Shown here: positions 43,446 through 54,717 of the stretch, piece after piece
How the letters are laid out: every line of letters starts with the position of its first letter
How positions within the stretch are numbered: the first letter of the stretch is position 1
DNA from: Porticoccus sp.
GTDB lineage: Bacteria > Pseudomonadota > Gammaproteobacteria > Pseudomonadales > Porticoccaceae
Reading direction: 5' to 3' (one strand)
DNA length: 64,000 nt
Assembly (NCBI RefSeq): GCF_047634355.1
Contig: NZ_JBLIAL010000003.1
Program-made: the position numbers and the translations under genes
Notes under the pieces: model-generated
Databases searched by the model: none
Told to the model about the DNA's origin: nothing
The model's input: the letters and a program-made list of their open reading frames with translations, nothing else

Positions 43446-44410
43446 GTGCCCATTACCGTACCCGGGGAAAACAGATCGGCCTGTGCATTGAGCACTTCCC
43501 CGGCATGGAGGGGTCTCTTGCCGGGCAGTTGCAGTACCGTGATTAACAGGCACCCCTCTCCGGTTTTTACCAGAATACCGGATTTATCGGTATGAATGAT
43601 CGTACCCGGTGCCACATTGTGGTGTTGATCTGGCACCGCGACACCCTTCCAGATACGGATCCGATCTCCCGAGATTGTGCTGTAACAGATCGGGAAAGGG
43701 TTAAAGGCACGAATTTTCAAAACCAGCGTTTTGACAGCTTCATGCCAGTTTATCAGGGCTTCCTGCTTGGTAATTTTTGGTGCGTAATTGCTTTGCTCGT
43801 CATCCTGTTTCTCCGCCACAATCTTTCCCTGTGCAATCTCGTCCAGGACCGTGAGCAGGGCGTCGGGGCCGATCCCGGCCAGTTTGTCATGGAGGGAACC
43901 GGCATCATCTTCCGCTTCTATGGGGCAGCGGGCCTTGAGCAGAATATCGCCGGTGTCCAGGCCCTCAGCCATCTGCATAATGGTTACCCCGGTTTCGGTA
44001 TCGCCCGCTTCTATTGCACGCTGGATGGGGGCGGCACCTCGCCAGCGCGGCAACAGTGAGGCGTGGACATTGATGCATCCATACACGGGGATAGCCAACA
44101 CAGCCTTTGGCAAAAGCAGGCCGTAGGCCACAACCACCATGATGTCGGCACCATAGTTGGCCAGGATTTGCTGCTCCGCCGCCGCTTTCAGGCTGAGTGG
44201 CTGATGAACAGGTATCTGCTGATCGGTAGCCAGCAACTTGACCGGGCTGGCAGTGAGTTTTTTGCCGCGCCCGGCGGGGCGATCAGGCTGTGTGAATACG
44301 GCGACCACTTGGTGGGATGGGCAATCCAGTAATGCTCGGAGGTGTGCTGCTGCAAATTGCGGGGTGCCGGCAAATACGATTCGCAAAGAAGGGTCCTCAG
44401 TGTCGACCAA
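43442..44410 (-). CDS. fmt: Methionyl-tRNA formyltransferase
   Basis: VFAGTPQFA, TQPDRPAGRG, NVHASLLPRWRGAAPIQ. Confidence 0.98.
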   Translation of the reverse strand: MVDTEDPSLRIVFAGTPQFAAAHLRALLDCPSHQVVAVFTQPDRPAGRGKKLTASPVKLLATDQQIPVHQPLSLKAAAEQQILANYGADIMVVVAYGLLLPKAVLAIPVYGCINVHASLLPRWRGAAPIQRAIEAGDTETGVTIMQMAEGLDTGDILLKARCPIEAEDDAGSLHDKLAGIGPDALLTVLDEIAQGKIVAEKQDDEQSNYAPKITKQEALINWHEAVKTLVLKIRAFNPFPICYSTISGDRIRIWKGVAVPDQHHNVAPGTIIHTDKSGILVKTGEGCLLITVLQLPGKRPLHAGEVLNAQADLFSPGTVMGT

Positions 44411-44416
44411 CCGGTG

Positions 44417-44923
44417 TCAGTCTTGTTGACGGTGGAGCTTTTCCAGTTTTTGCCGGATTCGCTGCCGTTTGATGGGTGACAGATAATCCACGAAAAGCTT
44501 GCCGTCGAGGTGGTCAATTTCGTGCTGGATACAGACGGCCAGCAGGCCTTCCGGCTCAAGCACGTAGGGCTGTCCCTCCCGGTCGAGCGCGCTCAGACGA
44601 ATATGTTCAGGACGTTGGATGGTTTCATAAAAACCGGGCACTGACAGACAGCCTTCCTGATGTGGGCAGGTAATGTCGTCCAGTATATCTACCTGTGGAT
44701 TGATCATCACAATCGGCTGGTCACCTTCGTCTGATAAATCCATGACCACAATCCGCTGGTCTACGTTGACTTGGGTAGCAGCAAGGCCAATGCCGTTAGC
44801 CTGGTACATGGTTTCCAGCATATCGTCCACCAGCGATCTGGTGTTCTGATCGATTTCTGCTACGGGAGTAGCCCTGATACGCAGTCGTGGGTCAGGAAAT
44901 TCAAGGATGTTGAGTATTGACAT
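44417..44923 (-). CDS. def: Peptide deformylase
   Basis: [24 protein letters not shown]; start [11 protein letters not shown]. Confidence 0.98.
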   Translation of the reverse strand: MSILNILEFPDPRLRIRATPVAEIDQNTRSLVDDMLETMYQANGIGLAATQVNVDQRIVVMDLSDEGDQPIVMINPQVDILDDITCPHQEGCLSVPGFYETIQRPEHIRLSALDREGQPYVLEPEGLLAVCIQHEIDHLDGKLFVDYLSPIKRQRIRQKLEKLHRQQD

Positions 44924-45057
44924 TTGTTTGTGACGAGTTTCTAGCAATCTGGCTTAAACCACTGCTAACATAAGGCCAATGGAGCGGAATATCACTTAAT
45001 ATAGTCGAGTGGGAAGTATACACACAATCCGGATATAGCACACAGGACGGCCATAAG

Positions 45058-46077
45058 ATGAAAAAAACATTGTTGGGAATAGTAGCTGCTTGCGCTATTG
45101 CAATTGCCGCCATTGCTGCAGAGGCACCCTTTAATGAGGATGTCCCCGAAAAATATACCGTGAAGAAAGGCGACACCCTGTGGGATATCTCTGATCTGTA
45201 TCTGCGGGATCCCTGGTTATGGCCTGAGATCTGGTACGCCAACCCTCAGATTGCTAACCCCCATCTGATTTATCCCGGTGATATTATTTCCATGGTCTAT
45301 ATTGATGGCCGTCCCCGTTTGATGCTGGAAAAGCGCGATCGGCGGGTAAAACTGTCCCCCGAAGTTAAGGTTGTGCCAGAGTCGGAGGCCATTCCGGCAC
45401 TGCCACTGGATATCATCAACAGTTTTCTGACCCGCAACCGTATTGTCACCCAGGAAGAGGTCGATAGAGCTCCTTACGTGGTGGCGGGCTATGAGAAAAA
45501 ATTACTCTCTGGATCGGGAGATACGTTCTACGCCCGTGGCCAGTTTGATGAAACCCCGACCTACGGACTCTACCGGGTTGGTGAGCCCTATCTGGATCCG
45601 GTGACCCAGGAAATATTGGGCATACGCGCGCAGGATGTGGGGTCCGCCAAGGTGCAAAGAGTGGCCGATGATATAGCCACCATGCTGGCGACCCGATCTC
45701 TTGAGGAAGTGCGTATTGGGGAGCGCTTGCTGCCCCATGAAGAGCGACCACTCAATTCCATCTTTTACCCCAGTGCGCCCGACTCTACGGTTGAAGGTGA
45801 GATTATGGCTGTTGAGGGTGGTATCACCCAGGTTGGGCATCTCGACGTGGTGTCTATTAACCGGGGTGAGCGCGAAGGCCTCGAAGCGGGAAATATTCTG
45901 GCCATCTTCAAACGTGGCGAGGAAGTAACTGACTATATCGCCAAGGAAAAAATAAATCTGCCTAACGAGCAGGCCGGCTTGTTGATGATATTCCGCACGT
46001 TTGAAAAAATGAGTTATGGTTTGGTCATCGAGGCCGAGCGCCCTCTGGCGGTAAACGATCTTGTCAAAAACCCCTAG
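45058..46077 (+). CDS. LysM peptidoglycan-binding protein (TsaP-like)
   Basis: Signal peptide; YTVKKGDTLWDIS..WLWPEIW.ANPQIANPHLIYPGD; position between def and dprA. Confidence 0.88.
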   Translation: MKKTLLGIVAACAIAIAAIAAEAPFNEDVPEKYTVKKGDTLWDISDLYLRDPWLWPEIWYANPQIANPHLIYPGDIISMVYIDGRPRLMLEKRDRRVKLSPEVKVVPESEAIPALPLDIINSFLTRNRIVTQEEVDRAPYVVAGYEKKLLSGSGDTFYARGQFDETPTYGLYRVGEPYLDPVTQEILGIRAQDVGSAKVQRVADDIATMLATRSLEEVRIGERLLPHEERPLNSIFYPSAPDSTVEGEIMAVEGGITQVGHLDVVSINRGEREGLEAGNILAIFKRGEEVTDYIAKEKINLPNEQAGLLMIFRTFEKMSYGLVIEAERPLAVNDLVKNP

Positions 46078-46091
46078 GCAACAGGGTAACT

Positions 46092-46120
46092 AAAACGCCG
46101 ACCTGTGTCGGCGTTTTTTA
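46092..46120 (+). terminator. Intrinsic terminator between the LysM gene and dprA
   Basis: AAAACGCCGAC-ctgt-GTCGGCGTTTTTT. Confidence 0.85.
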
Positions 46121-46169
46121 TGGGCAACGGGTATCAAGCAGGTCAAACAGGTAAGGGAGTACCAAGCCA

Positions 46170-47267
46170 ATGGACAGGGAGTCCAAAGCAGCACTGGTCA
46201 TGGCTTTTCTTGATGGATGCTCCCCTGCCGACAGTGTCAGACTGTGTCGGTCGGCGGGTTCCTTTGTCGAGGCAGCTGCTCAGGCAGAAGACTATTTTTC
46301 CTCTGGTTCCGCCAGTCAGTCGGGAAAGTATTTCCAAAAACACCATAATAATCGAGCGGAACGGGAAGATCGGGCAGAGCAGGTGCTGGATTGGTGCCGA
46401 CATAATCAGGTGACCTGCCTCAATTTGCTCGACCCGGATTACCCCCCTCTTTTACTGGAGCTGAGTGTTCCTCCCCCCCTGTTGTTTATTCGTGGCGATG
46501 CGCAGTTGCTGTCCATGCCACAAATCGCCATTGTTGGCAGTCGCAATGCCAGTCCCGGTGGACTGGGTAATGCCCGGGCCTTTGCCGCCGCTTTGGCGGC
46601 CAGTGGTTTTGTGATCACCAGTGGTCTGGCGCTGGGCATTGATGGGGCGGCTCATGATGGAGCCCTGCAAACGGGCAAAACCATCGCTGTGCTGGGGACC
46701 GGTCTGGATGTGATCTACCCGCGCCGACACGATGATTTGTATCGGCGGATAGTTGCTCAAGGGGGTGCAGTCGTCAGTGAGTTTTTGCCAGAAACACCAC
46801 CCTTTGCGGGCAATTTTCCCCGTCGCAACCGGATAATCAGTGGTCTGAGTCTGGGCATTCTGGTGGTTGAAGCGGCATTGAAGAGCGGGTCGCTGATCAC
46901 TGCCCGGTACGGTCTGGAACAGGGGCGGGAAGTATTTGCCATTCCCGGTTCGATCCATAGTGCTTTCAGTAAAGGCACCCATCAGCTGCTCAAACAGGGC
47001 GCGACTCTGGTGGAATCGGCAGCGGATATTGCAGAGCAACTGGGTGGTCTGCTGGCCTCTATGGCGCCGGACGTTAAAACAGGTCAGCAACCGCCGACAG
47101 AAGCAGGACAGGTCCTGCTGGAGGCGATGGGATTCGACCCGGTTGATATGGATATGCTTGTGCAGCGTACGGCCATGTCAGTGAATACGTTGACACAGGA
47201 GCTGCTGTTGCTGGAACTGGAGGGTGCAATTGCTGTTGGGCAGGGAATTTATCAGCGGTTGCGCTAG
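46170..47267 (+). CDS. dprA: DNA processing protein DprA (Smf)
   Basis: IAIVGSR, SGLALGIDGAAH, FPRRNRIISGLS, SGSLITA. Confidence 0.96.
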   Translation: MDRESKAALVMAFLDGCSPADSVRLCRSAGSFVEAAAQAEDYFSSGSASQSGKYFQKHHNNRAEREDRAEQVLDWCRHNQVTCLNLLDPDYPPLLLELSVPPPLLFIRGDAQLLSMPQIAIVGSRNASPGGLGNARAFAAALAASGFVITSGLALGIDGAAHDGALQTGKTIAVLGTGLDVIYPRRHDDLYRRIVAQGGAVVSEFLPETPPFAGNFPRRNRIISGLSLGILVVEAALKSGSLITARYGLEQGREVFAIPGSIHSAFSKGTHQLLKQGATLVESAADIAEQLGGLLASMAPDVKTGQQPPTEAGQVLLEAMGFDPVDMDMLVQRTAMSVNTLTQELLLLELEGAIAVGQGIYQRLR

Positions 47268-47390
47268 CAAATGGCCCTTCTCATGGGGTTCATACATTGA
47301 TGAGCAACAAACCCTCCTGTTAACAAGCGCATTTTATTGCGAAATTCCCCGGGTTCGGGTAGCCTGCCGCGTTTTCAGGGGGATTAAAAA

Positions 47391-47897
47391 ATGAACAAAC
47401 CCTTTATTGCCATCCTGATGGGTTCGGACTCGGATCTGCCAGTCATGGAAGCCAGCTTTGAAGTGCTCAAAAAGTTCGAGGTGCCCTTCGAAGTTAAAGT
47501 ATCGTCGGCGCATCGAACGCCAGAGGCAACGCACCGTTATGTGAAGGATGCCGACCAGCGGGGCTGTGCAGCCTTTATATGTGCTGCGGGCATGGCGGCG
47601 CATCTGGCGGGTGCCGTTGCAGCCAATACGCTCAAGCCCGTGATTGGGGTGCCTATCAACTCATCACTGGATGGCCTTGATGCGTTGCTCTCAACGGTGC
47701 AAATGCCCGGTGGAATTCCGGTTGCTACCGTGGCAATCGGCAAGGCAGGTGCCAAGAACGCAGCCTATCTGGCAGCCCAGATAATTGGTGTCAGTGATAC
47801 TGTGTTGCACCAGAAGTTGCTGGATGAGCGAGCAGATAATGCCCGTGCCATTCTGGAAAAAGACGCGGCATTACAAGAGAAGCTGAAAAGCCTCTGA
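47391..47897 (+). CDS. purE: PurE (N5-CAIR mutase / AIR carboxylase family)
   Basis: [33 protein letters not shown]. Confidence 0.96.
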   Translation: MNKPFIAILMGSDSDLPVMEASFEVLKKFEVPFEVKVSSAHRTPEATHRYVKDADQRGCAAFICAAGMAAHLAGAVAANTLKPVIGVPINSSLDGLDALLSTVQMPGGIPVATVAIGKAGAKNAAYLAAQIIGVSDTVLHQKLLDERADNARAILEKDAALQEKLKSL

Positions 47898-47908
47898 GCC
47901 GCGTCTCC

Positions 47909-48466
47909 GTGGACAATTTTCGTATAGTCAGGGCGGTGGATTGCCTGCGTGCTGGTGGGGTGGTGGCCTACCCCACAGAGGCAGTCTGGGGCCTCGGTTG
48001 CAACCCGTTTTCAGAGGCAGCCGTCATGCGGCTGTTGGCGCTCAAAAAACGCCGTCGGGACATGGGGCTCATCGTGATCGCCGCCTCAATCGAACAGCTG
48101 GAACCTTTTTTGGCGGGCATACCAGTGCCTGATCGCCAGCTACTAGAGGCCAGTTGGCCGGGTCCGCAGACTTGGCTGGTACCCAATAATGGTTATGCGC
48201 CAACCTGGGTTACCGGCGGCAGAGAAACCCTGGCGCTACGCGTGACGAACCACCCTGTGGCTGCAGCACTTTGTCGTGCTTATGGGGGGGGAGTGATTTC
48301 TACGTCTGCCAACCCGCATGGCTTTAGGCCGGCCGTTTCTATGCTAAAGCTGAATCTTTATTTTTATGGTCAGCTTGATTATGTGCTGCCCGGTCCATTG
48401 GGTGGCCTGACATCTCCGACACCGATCAAAAACCTGAAAACCGGAGAGATGATCCGGGGCAGCTGA
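47909..48466 (+). CDS. tsaC: Threonylcarbamoyl-AMP synthase (YrdC/Sua5)
   Basis: AYPTEAVWGLGC, LKKR....GLI, STSAN. Confidence 0.93.
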   Translation: MDNFRIVRAVDCLRAGGVVAYPTEAVWGLGCNPFSEAAVMRLLALKKRRRDMGLIVIAASIEQLEPFLAGIPVPDRQLLEASWPGPQTWLVPNNGYAPTWVTGGRETLALRVTNHPVAAALCRAYGGGVISTSANPHGFRPAVSMLKLNLYFYGQLDYVLPGPLGGLTSPTPIKNLKTGEMIRGS

Positions 48467-48541
48467 TGCTCCGATTTTTACATTGTCGGTAAGTTGTCAA
48501 TGGCGGATCGGCCTATCACACTGTGTATTTATATGACCTAA

Positions 48542-49465
<924 letters not shown>

Positions 49466-49489
49466 GTTATACAAAATGGGAAGACCAGC

Positions 49490-50311
49490 ATGACTGATCG
49501 TTACGCCGTTTTTGGCAATCCTGTGGAGCACAGTAAGTCGCCGCAAATTCATCGGGCCTTTGCTGCCCAGACGGGTGAAGCGATTGAATACGACAAACAA
49601 TCTGTGGAGCCAGATGGCTTTTATCGTGCTGCGGACACCTTTTTTACAGAGGGTGGTAAGGGTCTTAACGTCACGGTGCCATTCAAGCAGGAGGCCTATG
49701 GTTATGCTGCAAGGCTGACGAATCGTGCCCGCCATGCGGGTGCAGTTAACACCCTGGCCCTGCAGAATGATGGCACGGTATTGGGGGACAACACCGATGG
49801 CATCGGTATGGTCAGAGACATGCTTGAGAACCTCAACTGGCAGATTAAAGGCCGAAAAGTGCTGGTTCTCGGTGCCGGTGGTGCAGTGCGTGGCATCCTT
49901 GAGCCTTTGCTGGAGCAATTGCCTCAGCATGTGGTCATTGCCAACCGTACACTGGCTAAGGCGCTGCAACTGGCTAAAGGATTTGCGGAAATGGGTTACT
50001 TGCTCGGTTGTGACTATGAGATGCTCGAGGGTCAGCAGTTTGACCTTGTCATCAATGGCACCAGTGCCAGTCTTTCAGCACAGTTACCGCCCCTCCCCGA
50101 TGGGTTACTGGCAGGTCAGGCCTGTTGCTACGATATGATGTACGCGGCACAGCCAACGGTATTTATGATCTGGGCCAGACAGCAGGGTGCTACCCGCGTC
50201 ACCGATGGCCTGGGCATGCTGGTCGAACAGGCGGCGGAATCCTTTCGGCTCTGGCGTGGTATAAGTCCAAATACCGCGCCGGTTATTGCTGAAATCCGCC
50301 AGTCGCTATAG
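49490..50311 (+). CDS. aroE: Shikimate dehydrogenase
   Basis: HSKSPQIH, NVTVPFK, AVNT, DNTDG, GAGGA, DGLGMLVEQAA. Confidence 0.97.
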   Translation: MTDRYAVFGNPVEHSKSPQIHRAFAAQTGEAIEYDKQSVEPDGFYRAADTFFTEGGKGLNVTVPFKQEAYGYAARLTNRARHAGAVNTLALQNDGTVLGDNTDGIGMVRDMLENLNWQIKGRKVLVLGAGGAVRGILEPLLEQLPQHVVIANRTLAKALQLAKGFAEMGYLLGCDYEMLEGQQFDLVINGTSASLSAQLPPLPDGLLAGQACCYDMMYAAQPTVFMIWARQQGATRVTDGLGMLVEQAAESFRLWRGISPNTAPVIAEIRQSL

Positions 50312-50354
50312 GTGGACCTGGTCTGTTCGGACACCCCATAAAATATTTGCGGGG

Positions 50355-50924
50355 CTATTCCGCGTCATTTCGCCAGTCATCAGCCTGCTCGGTGAGATAC
50401 TGATCCTTGAGTTTGACGTAATTGCCGGGGGAGTAGGAAAAGAACGCCCGCTCTTCGTCAGAAACTGGTCTCAGTAACCGGCAGGGATTGCCTACATAGA
50501 GGTTGCCGCTTTCCAGATGCTTCCCGGGCGGCACCACTGTGCCGGCGCCGATGATCACCTCATTCTCTACTACAGCGCCATCATTAATGATGGCGCCATT
50601 GCCCACCAGAATATAGTCGCCGAGTGTACAGCCGTGAAGAATGGCGCCGTGACCGACAATCACGTTGTCGCCAATGGTCAGTGGCCAGCCTCCGGGGTTG
50701 AAGTCACTTGCATGGGTGATGTGCAATACGGCGGTATCCTGAATATTTGAGCGATTGCCTACGGTAATGCGATGCATGTCGCCGCGAACTACGGCTCCGG
50801 GCCACACTGAGACATCATCGCCGAGGGTGACATTGCCAATCACAGTCGCTGCCGGATCAATGTAAACTCGTTCGCCGAGGGTGGGTAAAACACCTTTATA
50901 GGGTCGGATATTCTCTGTCATCAT
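50355..50924 (-). CDS. Gamma carbonic anhydrase family protein (YrdA)
   Basis: Hexapeptide repeats; VRGDMH, NIQD.AVLH, VGHGAILHGC. Confidence 0.92.
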   Translation of the reverse strand: MMTENIRPYKGVLPTLGERVYIDPAATVIGNVTLGDDVSVWPGAVVRGDMHRITVGNRSNIQDTAVLHITHASDFNPGGWPLTIGDNVIVGHGAILHGCTLGDYILVGNGAIINDGAVVENEVIIGAGTVVPPGKHLESGNLYVGNPCRLLRPVSDEERAFFSYSPGNYVKLKDQYLTEQADDWRNDAE

Positions 50925-51056
50925 GACTCCTGCGCTGACTAATGGATCTATAACGATATAATACGTTGCCAGATGGCTGGCTTATAGCCGTTGTAGCGAT
51001 CTGGCATAACGTTTGGTTGAATTTTTCACTTATCACCGACCGGAAGGCCTTTCTCG

Positions 51057-51296
51057 ATGTTTAAAGCTGACAAGCGTTTTATTGCAGGTGCGGTCTGCCC
51101 GCGCTGTAACCAGATGGATAAGCTGGTGGTTTTCAATGAGGATGGCAAGGATTTCAGGGCCTGTGTCAGCTGTGATTTTCGTGAGCAGATGTTTATGCAG
51201 GGTGCCCCCCGCGAGCTGGAGACCCGGGTTAATCTCTCTCCCGAGGAAAGGCGGGTTGACGTGCAGACGGTGAAGCTCGTCGATCCCAAAAAATGA
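51057..51296 (+). CDS. YheV-family zinc-ribbon protein
   Basis: KRFIAGAVCPRC...RACVSCDF: two CxxC pairs. Confidence 0.88.
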   Translation: MFKADKRFIAGAVCPRCNQMDKLVVFNEDGKDFRACVSCDFREQMFMQGAPRELETRVNLSPEERRVDVQTVKLVDPKK

Positions 51297-51311
51297 CACA
51301 TCCCACCGATA

Positions 51312-51971
51312 TCAGTGAATCAGTAATTGTCCCGATCCGTTAAACAATAGATTGACCGATAAATTGTCGATCAGACAGGGCCACCGCTGTAGATCACTTG
51401 CCCACCGATTGCTGCGGTCCTCCCGGCATGCCTCGGGAACAAACACCAGATCTTTTTGCTGCAGCTCATCCACGATCAGATGAACAGCGCTGTCAAGTTG
51501 ATTGGCGAAAGGTTCACCTATCAAGTGATGGATGATCAGGTTCGAACGGGTCATATCCATTGGTACCAATGGCATGTTATAGCCCGAGATAAACCGGTCA
51601 TTGACCTCCTCGACCAGTCGATGGGCCAGATAGGATTCGCCCATAAGGGAATTGAGCCCTTCGTGGCCAGCCACCAATGCTGGCGGTTCCATGAAAAATT
51701 CTCTGGCAGTGGAAATCACCGGTTCTATGTAGTCAATCAGTCCGCATTCATCTGCGATGGCATCCACCGCATCAATAAATTCCGGCACCTGATCTATGTA
51801 GTGAATAATAAAATTGAGGAGCGCTGGAATGATATTTTCGGATGGCAACTGAATGGATTTGTGGAGTGCGCTGACGCGGGTCGTGAGTAGTCTGGCAAGT
51901 TGTCCTGTTACCCTTTCATGCTTCTTGGCAGCGACAATAGCCTGGCGAATAATTACAGTATCCATAGTCAA
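51312..51971 (-). CDS. Conserved hypothetical alpha-helical protein
   Basis: 219-aa ORF filling the gap; motifs ESYLAHRLVEEVND and SNLIIHHLIGEPFANQLD; no family recognised. Confidence 0.75.
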   Translation of the reverse strand: MTMDTVIIRQAIVAAKKHERVTGQLARLLTTRVSALHKSIQLPSENIIPALLNFIIHYIDQVPEFIDAVDAIADECGLIDYIEPVISTAREFFMEPPALVAGHEGLNSLMGESYLAHRLVEEVNDRFISGYNMPLVPMDMTRSNLIIHHLIGEPFANQLDSAVHLIVDELQQKDLVFVPEACREDRSNRWASDLQRWPCLIDNLSVNLLFNGSGQLLIH

Positions 51972-52036
51972 AAGTTAGCTGAGCCCGATAAAAAGGCAAA
52001 GAACATCTTGCTATAAGCCGCACTGCTTTTTGTTCA

Positions 52037-53365
52037 TCAGCATGTTTGAGCGATCCACTGGCCACGTTTACTGAACAGAGTAAATAACCATACCATCTGA
52101 ATGCTGCGAGCCACTAAAAAGCCGAGATACGCGAACCATAGCCCATGATTGCCGAGCGGGGCTGAAAAGTACCACAGTGGCAAAAAAACGAGAAAAGACG
52201 CTATCAGCATGCTGTCCTGCATCGCGCGAGTTTTGCCGCTGCCGATGAAAATACCGTCCGCCATAAAGCAGGCAAGGCCGACCAGTGGCATGGCTGTCAG
52301 CCAGGGCCAATAGGTTTTCACCGCAGGTAAAACCTCTGGCAGGTTCGTAATCGCGCCAATAATGATGTCCGGGAAAAACCCATAAATAAGGGTGGCGATC
52401 AAGGCGATGACCAAACCCCAGGCAGTGGTAGTCAGACAAATACGGTAAAAGTCTTTGAGGTCTTTCTTACCGATGGCATGCCCGGCAAGGGACTCGGCGG
52501 CATGCGCAAACCCATCCTGTGTAAACGCCACCAGCAATATTAACTGCATCAGGATGGCATTGGCCGAGAGAATGACATCACCCTGCCGTGCTCCCTGGGC
52601 GGTGAAAAAAGTCATGATGAAGACAAGGCAGGCTGTGCGGACGAACAGATGACGATTAGCCCTGAACAGCTCTCGATATCTGAACCATTGCGTCAGTTGC
52701 ATTGACCTGATCGGTGTTTGGAGCTGGCGTATGGTCACTGTCACCAATAGCAGTGCGAGTACCAAACCGAGATATTCCGCAGTCAAGGAGGCCCACGCAG
52801 CTCCGGCACTGTTCATTTTCATTCCGACTATGAACAGAAAATCAAAACCAACATTGCTGAGATTGACGAATAGCATGAGGAACAGCGTGGTACCGGCTCG
52901 CTGCAGCCCGAGCAGCCAGCCCATCGCACAGAAAGTGGCGAGGGTGGCGGGAGCAGCCAGAATACGAATCTGGCAGTATTCCATGGTCAGGGGTCTGGCT
53001 GCAGCGGAGGGTTTGATCAGATCGAGAATCAGGGTGAGGAGGGGTTGCCGCAACAGGATCAACAGGATCCCGAGAGTGAATGCTATCACCAGTGATTGAG
53101 CCAACACTTCAACGCAGCGGGATGTATCTCCGGCACCCCAGGCCCTGGCGGTTACGCCGATAGTGCCCATCCGCAGAAATCCAAACAACCAGAACAGCAT
53201 GGTCAGTACACTACTGCCCGCAGCCACGGCAGCGAGAAAACGGGCATTTGCCAGATGACCGAGAATCGCGGTATCAACGAGGCCCAGGGTCGGGATACTG
53301 ATGCTTGCCAGGGTCATAGGCAGGGCGATCACTAAAACTTTTTGTTGGATAAGCAGTGATTTCAT
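52037..53365 (-). CDS. MATE family transporter (DinF-like)
   Basis: PTLGLVDTAILGHL, FLRMGT, QDGFAHAAE, about 12 TM helices. Confidence 0.92.
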   Translation of the reverse strand: MKSLLIQQKVLVIALPMTLASISIPTLGLVDTAILGHLANARFLAAVAAGSSVLTMLFWLFGFLRMGTIGVTARAWGAGDTSRCVEVLAQSLVIAFTLGILLILLRQPLLTLILDLIKPSAAARPLTMEYCQIRILAAPATLATFCAMGWLLGLQRAGTTLFLMLFVNLSNVGFDFLFIVGMKMNSAGAAWASLTAEYLGLVLALLLVTVTIRQLQTPIRSMQLTQWFRYRELFRANRHLFVRTACLVFIMTFFTAQGARQGDVILSANAILMQLILLVAFTQDGFAHAAESLAGHAIGKKDLKDFYRICLTTTAWGLVIALIATLIYGFFPDIIIGAITNLPEVLPAVKTYWPWLTAMPLVGLACFMADGIFIGSGKTRAMQDSMLIASFLVFLPLWYFSAPLGNHGLWFAYLGFLVARSIQMVWLFTLFSKRGQWIAQTC

Positions 53366-53554
53366 TTTGTCCTTGGGCGGTTAAAGAGGCCATTCTGCCA
53401 GAAAAAGCATTCATTCTTTGGGCGGAATAGTCTGGAGCGGTGCGGAAAGAATCTGGTATACTCGCCCGGTTTTTCGTGTCCAGAGAAGCTGTTTGGCTCT
53501 TGCAGGATGAAATTCATAACTAGAAACAATAACTTATTGACTGGAGATAGGGCG

Positions 53555-54703
53555 ATGTCAAGAAGAGCACGTATGCTTTTCGCGCTGCTGCTAGCCCCTG
53601 CGATGTTCTTGGCCACTTTTGGCAAAGCATTGGCAGATGATGCACAGCGTTGGGCTGTCAATATGCCCAAGGGGGTAACCCCTGTGAGCAACGCAATCTA
53701 CGATATTCACATGATCATTTTCTGGATCTGCGTGGTGATCGCGGTTGGCGTATTTGGCGTGATGTTTTACAGCATGTATGCGCACCGCAAGTCCAAGGGT
53801 GCCGTTGCTGCAAACTTCCATGAAAATACCACTGCTGAGATTGTCTGGACTGTGATTCCAGCGGTTTTGCTGATTGTTATGGCGATTCCGGCAACCAGCG
53901 CGCTACTGCAGGTGTACGATGCCAGTGAAGCCGAGATGGACATCAAGGTCACCGGTTATCAGTGGAAATGGCAGTATGAGTATCTTGGTCAGGATGTCTC
54001 CTTCATGAGCGAGCTGGCCACGCCCGAATCTGAAATCTACAACACAGCACCCAAAAGCCAGTATTACGTACAGGAGGTGAGTGAACCCCTGGTGATACCG
54101 GCCAATACCAAGGTGCGTTTCCTGATCACGGCGAAAGACGTGATTCATTCCTGGTGGTTGCCTGATCTCGGTGTCAAAAAAGATGCTATTCCCGGTCTGG
54201 TCAACGAAACCTGGGCCTATGTCAATGAGCCGGGTATCTACCGTGGAGCCTGTACCGAGCTTTGTGGCCAGGGTCATGCCTTTATGCCAGTTGTGGTCAA
54301 TGTGCTTGAAAAAGAAGCCTATAATTCCTGGCTGGCAGAGAAAAAAGAAGCCGCTGCCGCAGAACGTGAACTGTCCAAAAAAACCTTCACGATGGATGAG
54401 TTGATGGCTCAGGGGAAAGAGGCTTACGATCGCTCTTGTGCTGCCTGTCACCAGGTGAATGGTCAGGGTATCGCTGGTGTGTTCCCCTCAATGATTGGTG
54501 GTGCTATAACCACTGGCGATATTACTTCACATATCGATATCGTGGTGAATGGTAAGGCGGGAACGGCGATGCAGGCTTTCGGTGGTCAATTGTCAGAGGT
54601 GGATATTGCTGCGATTGTTACCTATGAGCGCAATGCCTGGGGCAATAATACCGGTGATGTCGTGCAGCCCATCGATATTCTCAAACATAAGCAAGGCCAA
54701 TAA
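53555..54703 (+). CDS. coxB: Cytochrome c oxidase subunit II with C-terminal cytochrome c domain
   Basis: DVIHSWW, CTELCGQGHAFM CuA motif, CAACH heme c motif; GGAGA RBS before ATG 53555. Confidence 0.97.
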   Translation: MSRRARMLFALLLAPAMFLATFGKALADDAQRWAVNMPKGVTPVSNAIYDIHMIIFWICVVIAVGVFGVMFYSMYAHRKSKGAVAANFHENTTAEIVWTVIPAVLLIVMAIPATSALLQVYDASEAEMDIKVTGYQWKWQYEYLGQDVSFMSELATPESEIYNTAPKSQYYVQEVSEPLVIPANTKVRFLITAKDVIHSWWLPDLGVKKDAIPGLVNETWAYVNEPGIYRGACTELCGQGHAFMPVVVNVLEKEAYNSWLAEKKEAAAAERELSKKTFTMDELMAQGKEAYDRSCAACHQVNGQGIAGVFPSMIGGAITTGDITSHIDIVVNGKAGTAMQAFGGQLSEVDIAAIVTYERNAWGNNTGDVVQPIDILKHKQGQ

Positions 54704-54717
54704 AGGAGGATTAAGTC

